A stretch of DNA of 64,000 bases from Octopus sinensis (lineage: Eukaryota), in contig NC_043005.1 of assembly GCF_006345805.1 (NCBI RefSeq), positions 24,552,001 through 24,616,000 of the forward strand. Direction: 5' to 3'. The notes beneath the pieces are model-generated. The model ran no database searches. It saw only the letters and a program-made list of their open reading frames with translations, and was not told the origin of the DNA. Of the stretch, positions 52,249 to 64,000 are shown piece by piece. The stretch's first letter is position 1; every line of letters begins with the position of its first letter. Made by a program: the position numbers and the translations under genes.

Positions 52249-54501
52249 TTAATCATTATCATCCTCATCATTATTATTATTATTATTATTATTAATGTAA
52301 GTACAAAACCAGCAACTTTGAGGAAGGTGTGTAATTCAATTATATCACTTTCAGTACTTGACTGGTTCTTATTTTATTTATCTCAAAAGGAAGAAAGGTA
52401 AAGCTGAACCCCAGCAAGATTTGAACTCAAATTGTAAATACCATAAACAAATACTGCAAAACACTTTTTCTTTTGCTCTAACGATCTGCCAGCTTCCCAC
52501 TTGACAATGATGGTAATTATGATTAACAAGGTGGGCCACAGCAATGACACTGCAGAAAACAAATGACAAGGAAAGCAGCAACAACACAGAAGAATGGCAC
52601 AAAGGCAGAAATTCAAGGAATGGGGTGACTGTTGATTACATCAACACCTTGTACTGGAGTGGTACTTTATTTTAGCAACATAAAATTAAGGCAACACTAA
52701 CTTACACAGGATTTGAACTTAGAACTTATAGGACTTTAAATAAATAACAGATGACACTTAATCCAACATTATTGATTCTGCCATCTGCATCAAAGACTGA
52801 TTGGCCACAAATTATGGAGCAGAGTATGTATTTAATTTAATCCACCACCAGGGCTGGTATGTATTTCATAAAGCTCTGAAGGGTAAATGGTAAAGTCAAC
52901 TCTAGCAAGGTTAGAACATGCAACGTCAAGGAGTGTATCTAAAGATTGCAAAGAGTCATTTTGTCATCATTCTACCATTTCTCTCAATGAGTCACCCAAG
53001 ACTAGAAAATACTCATTTCTAGTAAGGCACAATGTTAGAAACTGGGAGTGAATTGACCCCAGTACCTAAATATGTACTTGATTTTAACAGTCCTTAGAAA
53101 AAAGGGAAAGGTAAAGTTAACCTCATCAGAATTTGAACTTGGAATGCCAAGAGTCGCAACTAAATACTGCAAAGCATTTTGCCTGATGCTCTAACAATTC
53201 TGCCAATCTACTGCCCCTTCCAAACCTAAAGGAAGAATACATAAAAGACATTATTGCTATCAAGTTTCAATAATCACTTGATCAAGATTCAATGCATGTT
53301 TTTACTTCTTCTTCTTCTTTTATAATAATAGAAGAGGCACACTATCATGGAATAGAAAGAGACAAAGGCGGCGAGCTGGCAGAAACGTTAGCACGCCGGG
53401 CGAAATGCATAGTGGTATTTCATCTGCCGTTACGTCTGGAGTTCGAATTCCGCCGAGGTCGACTTTGCCTTTCATCCTTTTGGGGGTCGATAAACTAAGT
53501 ACCAGTTACGCACTGGGATCGATGTAATCGACTTAATCCCTTCGTCTATCCTAGTTTGTCACCTCTATGTTTAGCCCCTTGTGGGCAATAAAGAAATAAG
53601 AAAGGGACATAGCATGTAGAAAATGGAGAAATTGGGACTGTCACATTGTCATCATTGCAAGAATCAGTGTTGAGTCATGCTTTGTAAGTTTGTCCTTATA
53701 TTAACCCTTGGTCCAGTACTAACCATCATTCCATAGTACCTATGATGTAGACAGGCTGTCATCATCATCCTCATCACCATTGTTTAATGTCTGCTTTCCA
53801 TGCTGGCATGGGTTGGATGGTCTGACTGAGCACTGGCAAGCCAGAAGGCTGCACCAGGCTCCGATCTGTTCTGGCAAGGTTTTCTACAGCTTGATGCCCT
53901 TCCTAACGCCAACAACTCTGAGAGTGTAGTAGGTGCTTTTTATGTGCCACTGGCACGGGAGCCAGTCAGGTAGCACTGGTACCAGTCATGTTTGAATGGT
54001 GCTTTTTACGTGCCACCAGCATGGGAGCCAGTCAGGTGGCACTGGCATCAACCACGCTCGAATGGTGCTTTTTACATGATGGTATAACTTTATAGTAATA
54101 AGACATAGCTATAAGTCAGTAAAGCAAAAACAGAATGTAAGACATTGATGCACATCAATAGCACATAGACCAGCAATGAAACATAACTGTGAACCAGTAA
54201 AGCATAGGCTGTACATCAGTAAGATATAGAGATGCTGCAGAATATAACTATAAGACAGTAAGACATAGGCAGGCTGTAAGACATAGGCATAAGTTGGTAG
54301 GAAACAGCAGTAAGTGAATCTCATCCTACTGTGCAGCACATATACCAGGAATCTTCTATCAATAACTAAGTAGGGAGATAGAGAGATAGAAACTTTCATA
54401 CATGTGTGTGTGTGGTGTGTGTGTGTGTGTGTTTTTGTTTGTTTGTTTGTTTGTGTGTTACATAATCAGGCAGTTGAATTTCAACTTTTGGCTACGTTTA
54501 C

Positions 54502-54565
54502 CTTTTTAGCAAATTCTTCTGGACTTTCTGATTGGTCAGGATAAATTGGTTCCCCAAATATGGTT
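54502..54565 (-). CDS. TMEM68: TMEM68 internal coding exon
   Basis: tttctttctttctag|A ... AAG|gtaaac, 64 nt, phase 2 to 0. Translates TIFGEPIYPDQSESPEEFAKK, comparable to recalled TYLGDPIPYDPQITAEELAEK. Confidence 0.9.
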
Positions 54566-56393
54566 CTAGAAAGAAAGAAAAAAGAATGAAATGTTTTCAT
54601 GAAGATGTCTATTGGCTCCTTTTAGTTAAATATCAACTATTTCTTCGTCATCATCCCCACCACCAACCACCACCACCACGACTATCAGCATCACACCATT
54701 GCCATCACCAATATCACTGAAGCTGTACCAAAACTAGTGTGCAATTTATGGGGATGTCTTTTTAAAAGTATGTCTTGTATAAAAAGCCTCATAAGATCTC
54801 ATGATACATATTTCTTTACTACCCACAAGGGGCTAAACACAGAGAGGACAAACAAGGACAGACAAACAGATTAAGTCGATTATATCGACCCCAGTGCGTA
54901 ACTGGTACTTATTTAATCGACCCCGAAAGGATGAAAGGCAAAGTCGACCTCGGCGGAATTTGAACTCAGAACGTAACGGCAGACGAAATACGGCTACGCA
55001 TTTCGCCCGGCGTGCTAACGTTTCTGCCAGCTCGATACAATTGAGCATCGTTGTACATCGAGGTAACCAAGCTTTGTAATGGGCAGACATGCACCATGTA
55101 TGTACGTGTGTGCGTGCATCTATCATGCAAGCATATATGTATGTATACATACACAGAAATTTAAGTTAATAAAAGTATATTTATTAGAATATTAAATGGC
55201 TCAAATGTATTTCCAATATGCATATCTAATATTAATTTTTAAGAAATAAGAGAGGCGACTCTTTGGACATTTTTATCTCCCTTTAAACAAACTTTCGGTT
55301 GGGTAGTTCTGTAATTTGAAATATCAGTTTCAAATTTTGGCACAAGGCCGACCAATTTGGGTGGGGTGCAATAAGTCGATTACATCGACCCCACTACTAA
55401 ACTGGTACTTATTTGATCGACCAGGAAGTGATGAAAGGCAAAGACTATACTGCTGCGAAATTTCAACTCAAAATATAAAAACAGATGAAATGCTGCTAAG
55501 CATTTGTCTGGCATAGTAACGATTCACACAGTTTGCCAAGTTGTTGAAATATTAATACGAAGATCAAAAAGGTAAGTATGCAAAACAACGTGCTCAAACG
55601 AATTAACATGCTAAACTGTACACTTGTCTGGATGAGGTTAAAGAAACACTGACAAAAACAAAAACAAAAAATAGGCCCCTTATCCTGTGGATGTTAAGCA
55701 CCACCAGGACTAGCAGGCCCCATGCAAGACAGACTAATATCTAATTCTGTGTCAAATAAGTTGTAAAATAAAAAGAGACAGGAGCAACCCAAAATAAGGT
55801 GGTTCAACAATACTGTAACAGGGGTTGGTATGAGAACCTCAAAACGAATGAAGAAAGACCAAGATGGAAAAGTATTGGTGAAAAAATTCAGGTAATACAA
55901 AAGTGGAAATGGTATAGGAACAATATATATATATATATATATAGTTGAAATTTACAGAAAAACAAAAGACGAAGACAGGTGTATAAACAACAAGTATGTG
56001 TATCAGTTTGATGCTCAGGAAGCTGAGAAAGTCTTTTGTTTCGAGCTTACGCTCTTCAAGAGAAAGGAACACGAGGAAATAAACAGAGAGAGAATAAAAA
56101 AAACTTGTGGAGTTAGCAGTGAATCATAGTGAAGTATATATATATAAATATATATATATATACATACACACACTTCATTTTTGGATTTGATTTGCAAGAT
56201 TCTTTATGTGAGTTAGTGTGTTGAAGCATATTTTGTTGTGTCTGGGGAGAGTCATTCTCTTTTAGTGCTTTATTATTTAACACACACACACCGGTAAAGT
56301 TTCCACTCATTAACTTATTTATTTTCCCTAAAATTTTTGTTGTGACTTGCAACCTTTTCAATAGTCGTTGACTCTCAATGACTCTCCCCACAC

Positions 56394-56430
<37 letters not shown>

Positions 56431-56460
56431 GTGCCTATTAAAATATATAGATGTATTTAC

Positions 56461-56536
56461 TTTAATTTTACTGGGAATCCACCATAAATGGGGAGGAGAG
56501 GCCATCGTGTTTTCTCATAGAGTTTTCTTAAGATAT
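56461..56536 (-). CDS. TMEM68: TMEM68 internal coding exon
   Basis: ttttctatttcag|AT ... AA|gtaaat, 76 nt, phase 1 to 2. Translates (N)ILRKLYEKTRWPLLPIYGGFPVKL(K), matching recalled LYEKFRYPFAPMYGGFPVKL. Confidence 0.92.
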
Positions 56537-57583
56537 CTGAAATAGAAAAAAAAGCATATATATATATTTTCAAAACTTAGAATCATCATCATCATCATCT
56601 CTTTCTTTACTACCCACAAGGGGCTCAACACAGAGGACAAACAATGACAGACAAACAGATTAAGTCGATTATATTGACCCCAGTACATAACTGGTAGTTA
56701 TTTAATCGACCCCGAAAGGATGAAAGGCAAAGTCGACCTCGGCGGAATTTAAACTCAGAACGTAGCAGCAGACGAAATACCGATAAGCATTTCGCCCGGC
56801 GTGCTAACGATTCTGCCAGCTCGCCGCCTTTTCATCATCATCATCATCATTTAACATCTGCCTTCCATGCTGGCATGGATGGATCAGTTTCAGAAGAGCC
56901 AGCCAGGCAGAAGCCTGCACCAGACTTCAGTGACTGTTTTGGCATGATTTTCACATAAAAATAATATTGTAGACTGTCACCTTACTCTTTAGACTGTATA
57001 TTTACAATATTGTATGTGTGCATTACTCTTTGATGGATTTAACTTCCAATAGTTAACAGCTGTATAGCTGTGTGGTTGAAGGGCTTGCTTCCTAACAATC
57101 ATGCTATCTTTGGTTCAATCCCACTGCAGAACACCCTGAGAAAGTGTCTTCTGTTATAGCTTTGGGTTAACCAAATCTGTGTGAATGGATTTGGTAGAAC
57201 GAAACGTGTGTGTGTGTATGTGTGTGTGTACATCATCATCATCATCATTTAACATCTGTTGTCCATGTTGGCACAGGTTGTATGGTTCGACCAGGGCTGG
57301 TAAGCTGGAAGGCTGCACCAGACTCCAGTCTGATTTGGCATGGTTTTCTACAGCTGGACGCCCTTCATAATGCCAACCACTCCAAGAGCGTAATGGGTAC
57401 TTTTACATGCCACCAGCATGGGTGCCATTTGCATGACATCAGAGTGCATTATGTGCCACTGGCACAGGTGCCAATTTAAGTGACAATGGTATCTGAAATG
57501 ACTGATTTTGTTTGACTTGATGGGTCTTCTTTGCAAGCACAGCATAATGCCAAAGGTCTTGGTTATTTACTCCATGAAGACAA

Positions 57584-57885
57584 ACACTTGGAAAGAACTC
57601 AGCCATTGTGCCTCCATGTGACCCAACACCCGAACAGAACTCAGCCATTTTTCCTCCATCAAGCCCAACGCTCAATAGGAATTCAGTCACTTTGCCTCTA
57701 TAGGGCCCAACACTTGAAAGGAACTCAGCCACTTTGCCTCCATCAGGTCCAACGCTCAAGAGGAACTCAGCTACCTTGCTTCCATCAGGCCCAACACTCG
57801 AACAGAACTCAGCCACTTTGCTTCCGTCAGGCCCAACACCAGAGAGGAACTCAGCCACTTTGCCTCCATCAGGCCCAATGCTCAA
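57584..57885. repeat. 42-bp tandem repeat, about 7 copies, at the end of a family-D copy
   Basis: Unit aacacttgaaaggaactcagccactttgcctccatcaggccc, with variation concentrated in the first 12 nt or so. Confidence 0.9.
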
Positions 57886-58126
57886 AATCCAGAGATGAAT
57901 GCAAACGAGCATTGCCATCATACAAGCAATGTAATTTGCTTCCAGCCATCTACAAAAATACATATTAGGGTGTGGAGAAATATTCTGCTTAGAAAGAGAT
58001 TAATGTTGATAATCTGCCTCAAAAAGTTGTATCCAACCCATGCAAGCATGGCAAAGTGGACGTTGAATGACAATGAGATAGATAGTACCTAACAGGACTT
58101 GAACCAGGTGCATTTAACCATCAATA

Positions 58127-58327
58127 CTCTTTTTTACTCTAGGCACAAGGCCCAAAGTTTTTGGGAGAGAGGGGGAGCCAGTAGAATAGATCAACCCCAG
58201 TACACAACTGGTAGTTAATTTATTGATTCCAAAAGGATGAGAGGCAAAGTCGACCTCGGCAAGACAGACAAAATACCGCTAGGCATTTCGCCCAGCATGC
58301 TAATGTTTCTGCCAGCTCGTCGCCTTC
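58127..58327 (-). mobile_element. SINE family A variant (gcctagagtagaaaa tail)
   Basis: 12-bp TSD taaccatcaata at 58115-58126 and 58328-58339. Confidence 0.85.
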
Positions 58328-60069
58328 TAACCATCAATATTATCATCATCATCATCAGGATCATTATTTTACATCTGTCTTTCCATGGTGGCATGTGTAG
58401 GAAGAAACTTAAAAGTATCTTCCTTGATGCAGAAAATAATACTTCTAATAAACAACAACTCATCTTTGACATTGAGAAATATCCATACGGAAAAATATAC
58501 ACTTAAATGGTTGATGATGATGATTAGGAGGCGAGGAGGGGGAGGAGGAGGACGACGTGTTTAGCCCCTTGTGGGTAGTAAAGAAATAGATTAGGAGGAC
58601 GAGGATGAGGGAACTGCAATCACAATGGCAAAGATAATAAAAACAATGGTGCTTAGGAAATTCATTGCAGACATTGTATGTAATATTGCATACGACCATT
58701 AATATTCTTGAATTGTTACCTTAATTAGTAACTGTAGGATTACATTACAATCCTCTGTTCTTATGTCCTGGAGTGTGTAATGGAAACAGCCAGTGATTTA
58801 TTATAGATACAACAGGAATTGGCGCCATCAGCCTATTGCTGTTGAAGTACGAGATGCACCTACGGATGAATAGTGACTCCTTCAAAATCTGATGGATGGA
58901 TGATGATGATGATGATGATATTGGTGACAAGAGTGATGGTGCTGATGATGATAATGATGACTACACTAGTAATTATGGTGGTTACAATGACGCCAGTGGT
59001 TACGTCTGATGCTTGATGATGACAATGGTTTTGATGATGGTAACGCCAGAGAAGAAATCAATATCAAATTATAATCGAGAAAGAAAACGATGACAGTGGT
59101 GGTGGTAGTGGTGATGGTGGTAATGTATCAGTGACGATGACGACGACAACGATGGTGGATATGAGGAGATGATGACGATGGTGGTGATGATGATGATAAG
59201 CTGAGAGTGAATGAGGAGAGGGAAAGAGTGAAAGAATGACACTCAGGCAGACAGGCATGCACACAAAGACGGGGGAGGGGTGATCTAAGGGAGACGACTT
59301 GTGGCAAAGTTTTTTTTTGTCTTTATCTTTTTATTTGTTTCAGTCATTTGACTATGGTCATGCTGGAGCACTGCCCTAAAGGGTGTTAGTCGAAGAAATC
59401 GACCCCAGGACTTATTTTTTGGCAAGCCTAGTACTTATTCTACACTTCCTTTTGCCTAAAAAAATCTATACGAATAAACATACGAATAAAAATAAAAGGA
59501 ATGGCAAGAAAAATATCTACGAATAAAAATATAAGGGATGGCAAGAAAAATATATGAATAAAAATAAATACTAGTAAACATGAAGGCAATGACGAATAAA
59601 TATTTTTGAATAAAAGCTATAGTACTAATTACAAACTGCAAAATTTACAAGTGATACGAATGATAACTTTTAAAAATTTACAAAATAAAATAAAATAAAA
59701 AATAAAATAAAAATATTTTGATGGTAACATAAAAGAAAAATATACAATTCCCTGATGGCTCCATTATCCTACAACGTCTTAATTATGGCTTAACATTGCA
59801 AAATCCAGCGAAGTACTCACACCCCTCCGTCCTGCTACTTTAAACTATTATTTAATTAACATATTATCTAAATAGTAAGCATGGTCCACGAAACTACAAA
59901 AATGCATCACGGGAACATTACTTTTTTTATTTCGTATTATTCCGCCCTTTAATCACTCACTATTATTCATCCCCACATCTAATGGTAAATTTTTATTCAT
60001 ATTAAATAATAATAGTATTAATAATACTTACGCTAAACTGTAGGGTTATGCATTATTAATTAGGCAGTT

Positions 60070-60545
60070 CAGTCTATGTTTACATTTAATTTTTCGTTCC
60101 TCCTGAGCATTAAGAAGCTCCGTTTTATCCCAAAATATCTCCATGAATTCATGGGTACATAACAGACATGACCTATTTCCAATTCTATAAGATTTAGCCT
60201 AACATATTATCTCCCACTTTAATTCGTAATTAATTTCTTTTGTTTTTAAACTCCAAATGTATTTACTTAGTCGTGTAGAATTCCTAAGTTTCTTATTTTT
60301 ACATATGAATTCAAGCGCTGTGCTATTTTCTGTTTAATTTTATTCGAATTTAAACCTATATATGTTCTATCTGGGTATTTTTCAATATCCGTATTATTTA
60401 TTCCACTATTTTCATTCCCATCTACTTTTACCGAAACCACACATTTGTATACTACATCACTAACATTACATCTTCCATTAAATTTACGTTGGTTTTTATC
60501 TCTACAGGTACAACTATCACTCCTATTCATATGCATATTTAATTT
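60070..60545 (-). mobile_element. Penelope-like element remnant: GIY-YIG endonuclease and C-terminus
   Basis: ORF 60267-60536 reads CTCRDKNQ..NGRCNVSDVVYKCVV...TYIGLNSNKIKQK. Downstream SCLLCTHEFMEI...LLNAQEE...KCKH matches PLE C-terminal Cys/His motifs. Confidence 0.8.
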
Positions 60546-61446
60546 GTCACACCCTAACAGTGGTGGAAACCTGTGGAACAGGTAGACCCAGGAAGAAATG
60601 GGATGAGGTGGTGAAGCACGACCTCCGAATGTTGGGCCTCACAGGGGCAATGACAAGCAACCTTTGGAGATATGCTGCATTTGAGAAGACCCAGCAAGCC
60701 AAGTGAGATCATAGTCATGGCTGATGCCAGTGTCGCATATGTATGTATGTATATATATATATATATGTGTATATATATATATAATCGTTGGGCAATACAT
60801 TGTGCTTGTGAAAACCTGCTGAACCAAGTGAAATGGTCATCATGGCCAACAACAGTGCCGCCTGACTGGCATCTATGCCAATGGCATTGTAAAAAGCACC
60901 ATTCAAGTATGACCAATGCTAGGATCACCTAACTGGCACCATTCCAGCGTGCCAATGCCAGGGCTACCTGACTTGCACCCATACTGGTGGTATGTAAAAG
61001 ACACCATTCAAGTGTGACCAATGTCAGTGTCACCTGACTTGCACCCATGCTAGTGGCACATAAAAAGTACCCACTACACTTTCAGAGTGGTTGGTGTTAG
61101 GAAGGGCATCCAGCTGTAGAAACCTTGCCAAATCATATTGGAGCCTGGTGCAGCCTCCTGGCTTGCCAGTTCTCAGTGAAACCATCCAACCCATGCCAGC
61201 ATGGAAAGCAGACGTTAAACGCTGACGGTAACAACAATGATGATGATGAGCTAAGGGAATATAAATCAAATAGGCTAATAGCATGGCTTTTGATTAATAA
61301 CTTAAAATACTTATCTAAATTTCTACCATTGGCCTATTTGGGTTATTTCCCTTACCTCATCCAATTTTGTGTCTTTCAGTTCTACATATCATATGTAATT
61401 CGTTAAAGGATCAATAGTGTAAAACGATGTAAAATATGTGACTTAC

Positions 61447-61510
61447 TTCTACTCCAGCCTGGTGTTCGGAATGTTTCTCGAATATTTTGAGTGAACATTG
61501 GTATAACGGG
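61447..61510 (-). CDS. TMEM68: TMEM68 (DIESL-type acyltransferase), most upstream coding exon present in the window
   Basis: cctctattgcag|CCC ... AGA A|gtaagt, 64 nt, phase 0 to 1. Translates PVIPMFTQNIRETFRTPGWSR, matching recalled vertebrate TMEM68 PIIPMFTQNIREGFR. Confidence 0.92.
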
Positions 61511-62103
61511 CTGCAATAGAGGAAAGAAGAGAGGGTGTATGAGTGGGAGAGAGAGAGAGTAGAAGTGAGAGAGACTGAGAGAGCAAGAGTAAGGGAGATG
61601 GAGAGAGGCAAAGTGAGGAAGAGGACAAATAGAATGGTTGACAATAAGAGAGGGAGAAAGCAAACTAGGGATAGAGATAAAAGAGAAAGAGAGATAGTAA
61701 GAAAAAGAGAGAGCTGATAAGAAAAAGTGAGATTAAGAATGAGAGACTATGAAAGCGAATGAGAGAGAAAGACAGAAACTAGAGAGGGAAGGGGAGAGAG
61801 AGAGAGAGAGGCAGATGGACAGGTGAAGCTAGCAAGAATAACAATAAGCAAACTACTGGAAATAGCAGCCAAACTTTCCTCAAATCAAGTCCTAGGATCC
61901 TCTAAAACTATGGGACAGTCACAGTTAGAATATTCCTGATGAGAGCTGATATGGGGCGAAACAACAACAAATAAAGGCTCACTTCAAGAATGTTCTAAGA
62001 GTAATAGAACTCTGGCACAGACTAAATGTTCACAAGTTCAATCCTAGCCCAAGTACGTTTATATACAGTGTATCTGAGTGACTGACAGAATTTGAATGAT
62101 TAA

Positions 62104-62307
62104 CCCTTTCGTTACTGTATTTATTTTGAGATGCTTTGTGTTTCTTTGAATTACTTTAAATATAACAAGGAATTTAGTAAAATAACTTGGTTATCATTCA
62201 GCTAGTATCGGGAACATAAATTGTGACTAAAGTTTGGTGGAAGATTTTAATTCAAAACTTATGAAAACAAGACATTTGTACTCAGAGCCAGTTTGGTAAC
62301 GAAAGGG
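62104..62307. mobile_element. piggyBac-type MITE
   Basis: TTAA|ccctttcgttac ... gtaacgaaaggg|TTAA, a perfect 12-bp TIR with TTAA TSD. Confidence 0.85.
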
Positions 62308-62363
62308 TTAAAATGGAATGATGGGGAGAGTAATAACAGACAAATTAGTTTCAAAAATGCTTT

Positions 62364-62404
<41 letters not shown>

Positions 62405-62956
62405 TTGCTACTGCTGCCCCTGCTGCAATAATAACAACATCAATAATGGTTTCAAATTTTGGCATGATGCCAGCAATTTGAGGTGAGGGTCTAGTCGATT
62501 ACATTGGCCTTAGAGTTTGAAGGAAAGGTAAATTCAACCTCCGTGACATTTGAACTGAGAACATAAAACCAAAGCATAAAGCCATAAGGAAAGCCACCAA
62601 GTCAACGCCAGCCATCCTGGTACATGATGGGTGTTTTATTTAATCAACTCTGAAAGAATGACAGACAAGGCTGGCTTGAGCAGGTTTTTCAACTTATAGT
62701 AAAAAAAAAAAGACATAGAATAAATTCCACAGTCTTTTTTTTCTTTTTCTGATACTCCACTTCACTGTCCTAAATAAGAAGACATAAAAATATAATGATT
62801 TCTAACAAAAGTGCAAGATCACAAAATTTAGTGAGTGAGTATGGGTAGTGGTAGTGGTGGTGGGGTTCATAGTTGATTAAGCTACCCTCAATACATGACT
62901 GGTATTTATATTATAAAAAAGCCAGAGTCAGTCTTAGTGAAATATTAACTTCAGAG

Positions 62957-63254
62957 AAGGCGGTGAGCTGGCAGAAATGTTAGCATGCCGGGCGAAATGC
63001 TTAGCGGTATTTCGTCTGTCTTTGCGTTCTGAGTTCAAATTCTGCCAAGGTCAACTTTGCCTTTCATCTTTTCAGGGTCGATAAATTAAGTACCAGTTTC
63101 ATACTGGGGTCAATCTAATCGACTGGCCCCTTCCCCCAAAATTTCAGTAGTTGTGCCTAGAGTAGAAAAGGATATAATGTACTGGGGTCAATCTAATCGA
63201 CTGGCACCCACCCCCAAAATTTCAGGCTTTGTGCCTAGAGCAGAAAAGAAACAA
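62957..63254 (+). mobile_element. SINE family A variant with a duplicated 3' tail
   Basis: TSD aatattaacttcagagaa at 62941-62958 and 63255-63272. The tail tactggggtcaatct...gtgcctagag occurs twice. Confidence 0.85.
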
Positions 63255-63780
63255 ATATTAACTTCAGAGAAAGAGTTCACAAAATTGGTACAAGACATTA
63301 TGCTTAGTGATCTACAGATCCTACTATTTATTTACTAAAGATTTCTGACACTGGAATAAAGCCAGAAATATTTGGAATAAGAAGAGGCACAGTTATTTTT
63401 GTTGAAGGATGGTGAAAAGTGAAGTCAACTCCTACATGATTTTAAAGCTAAACATAGAGATATACTGTGCACCATAATATCAGACAATCTACCAATTCAG
63501 TTGTTTGATCAACTACACTACCAACTCACTGAATAACAGCAGATAATCTGAGTATTCTACAGACATTTGTACACTTTATATAATTCTCAAGAAAGCTCAG
63601 CAGAACAAAGTATGTGTGATGAAGATGGGCCCATGACTCACAGGTACATCTGATGGGCTTCTATGTAGTTTCCATTTACTAAACTCTTAATTTATTGTAC
63701 AATGCGGTACTGCATGAAGCTGCATTGGTTAGCCAGTTCTGAAACACACAAATTCATACGAATCATACTAACTTTCTATA

Positions 63781-64000
63781 TACAGTAGAACCTTGTAGTA
63801 CGAGTGCCCCATTGTACAAGTAATTTACTGTACAAGCCGAGACTTGTGCGAATTTTTGTCTTGAAGTATGAGCGGTAATCCACAGTACAAGCACACGAAT
63901 TGTCCCATCTTTAAGGTAATTCAGTTAATAAAACCAGTTTACATATTTCTTTTGCATTCTCTTTTTTATAATAGTCATTTTACTTGTTACTGCACCATGT
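63781..64000 (+). mobile_element. Possible left end of a pogo/Tigger-type DNA transposon running off the window
   Basis: TA|cagtagaaccttgtagtacgag terminus style. The other end is not in the window. Confidence 0.35.

Noticed and set aside
57584-57885. CRISPR-like array
   Set aside because: The variable parts are only about 10 nt and are related to each other. The context is eukaryotic and there are no cas genes.
61936-61962. CTGATGA...GAAAC hammerhead-like spacing
   Set aside because: There is no convincing stem II, stem III or stem I pairing.

Overview
AT-rich eukaryotic DNA saturated with repeats. The tRNA-derived SINE families and very long (TA)n/(CA)n/(GATA)n arrays resemble an octopus or other coleoid cephalopod genome; this assignment is inference. 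Two host genes are supported by splice-consistent exons. The first is the terminal coding exon of a rhodopsin-class GPCR on + (11687-11932, TM7 NPxxY and C-tail). The second is the last five coding exons of TMEM68 on - (61510 down to 49618), assembled by hand with matching intron phases and not visible as an ORF in the track. The rest is mostly transposon debris: maT/DD37D and mariner remnants, Tx1/L1-like, R4/Dong-like and Penelope-like retroelements, a Helitron nested in a Tc1-type MITE, hAT and piggyBac MITEs, and three SINE families. The most interesting unexplained signal is a set of type I hammerhead-ribozyme folds from several unrelated sequence families. Some have complete cores (7920-7980 -, 22016-22060 +, 39261-39339 -, 40171-40258 + with a mirror at 39846-39933 -), and others are decayed or variant. 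Two of them sit inside long inverted repeats that would lock them in dsRNA. All folds were checked by eye only and activity is untested. Nearly all ORFs in the supplied track are microsatellite or repeat artefacts.
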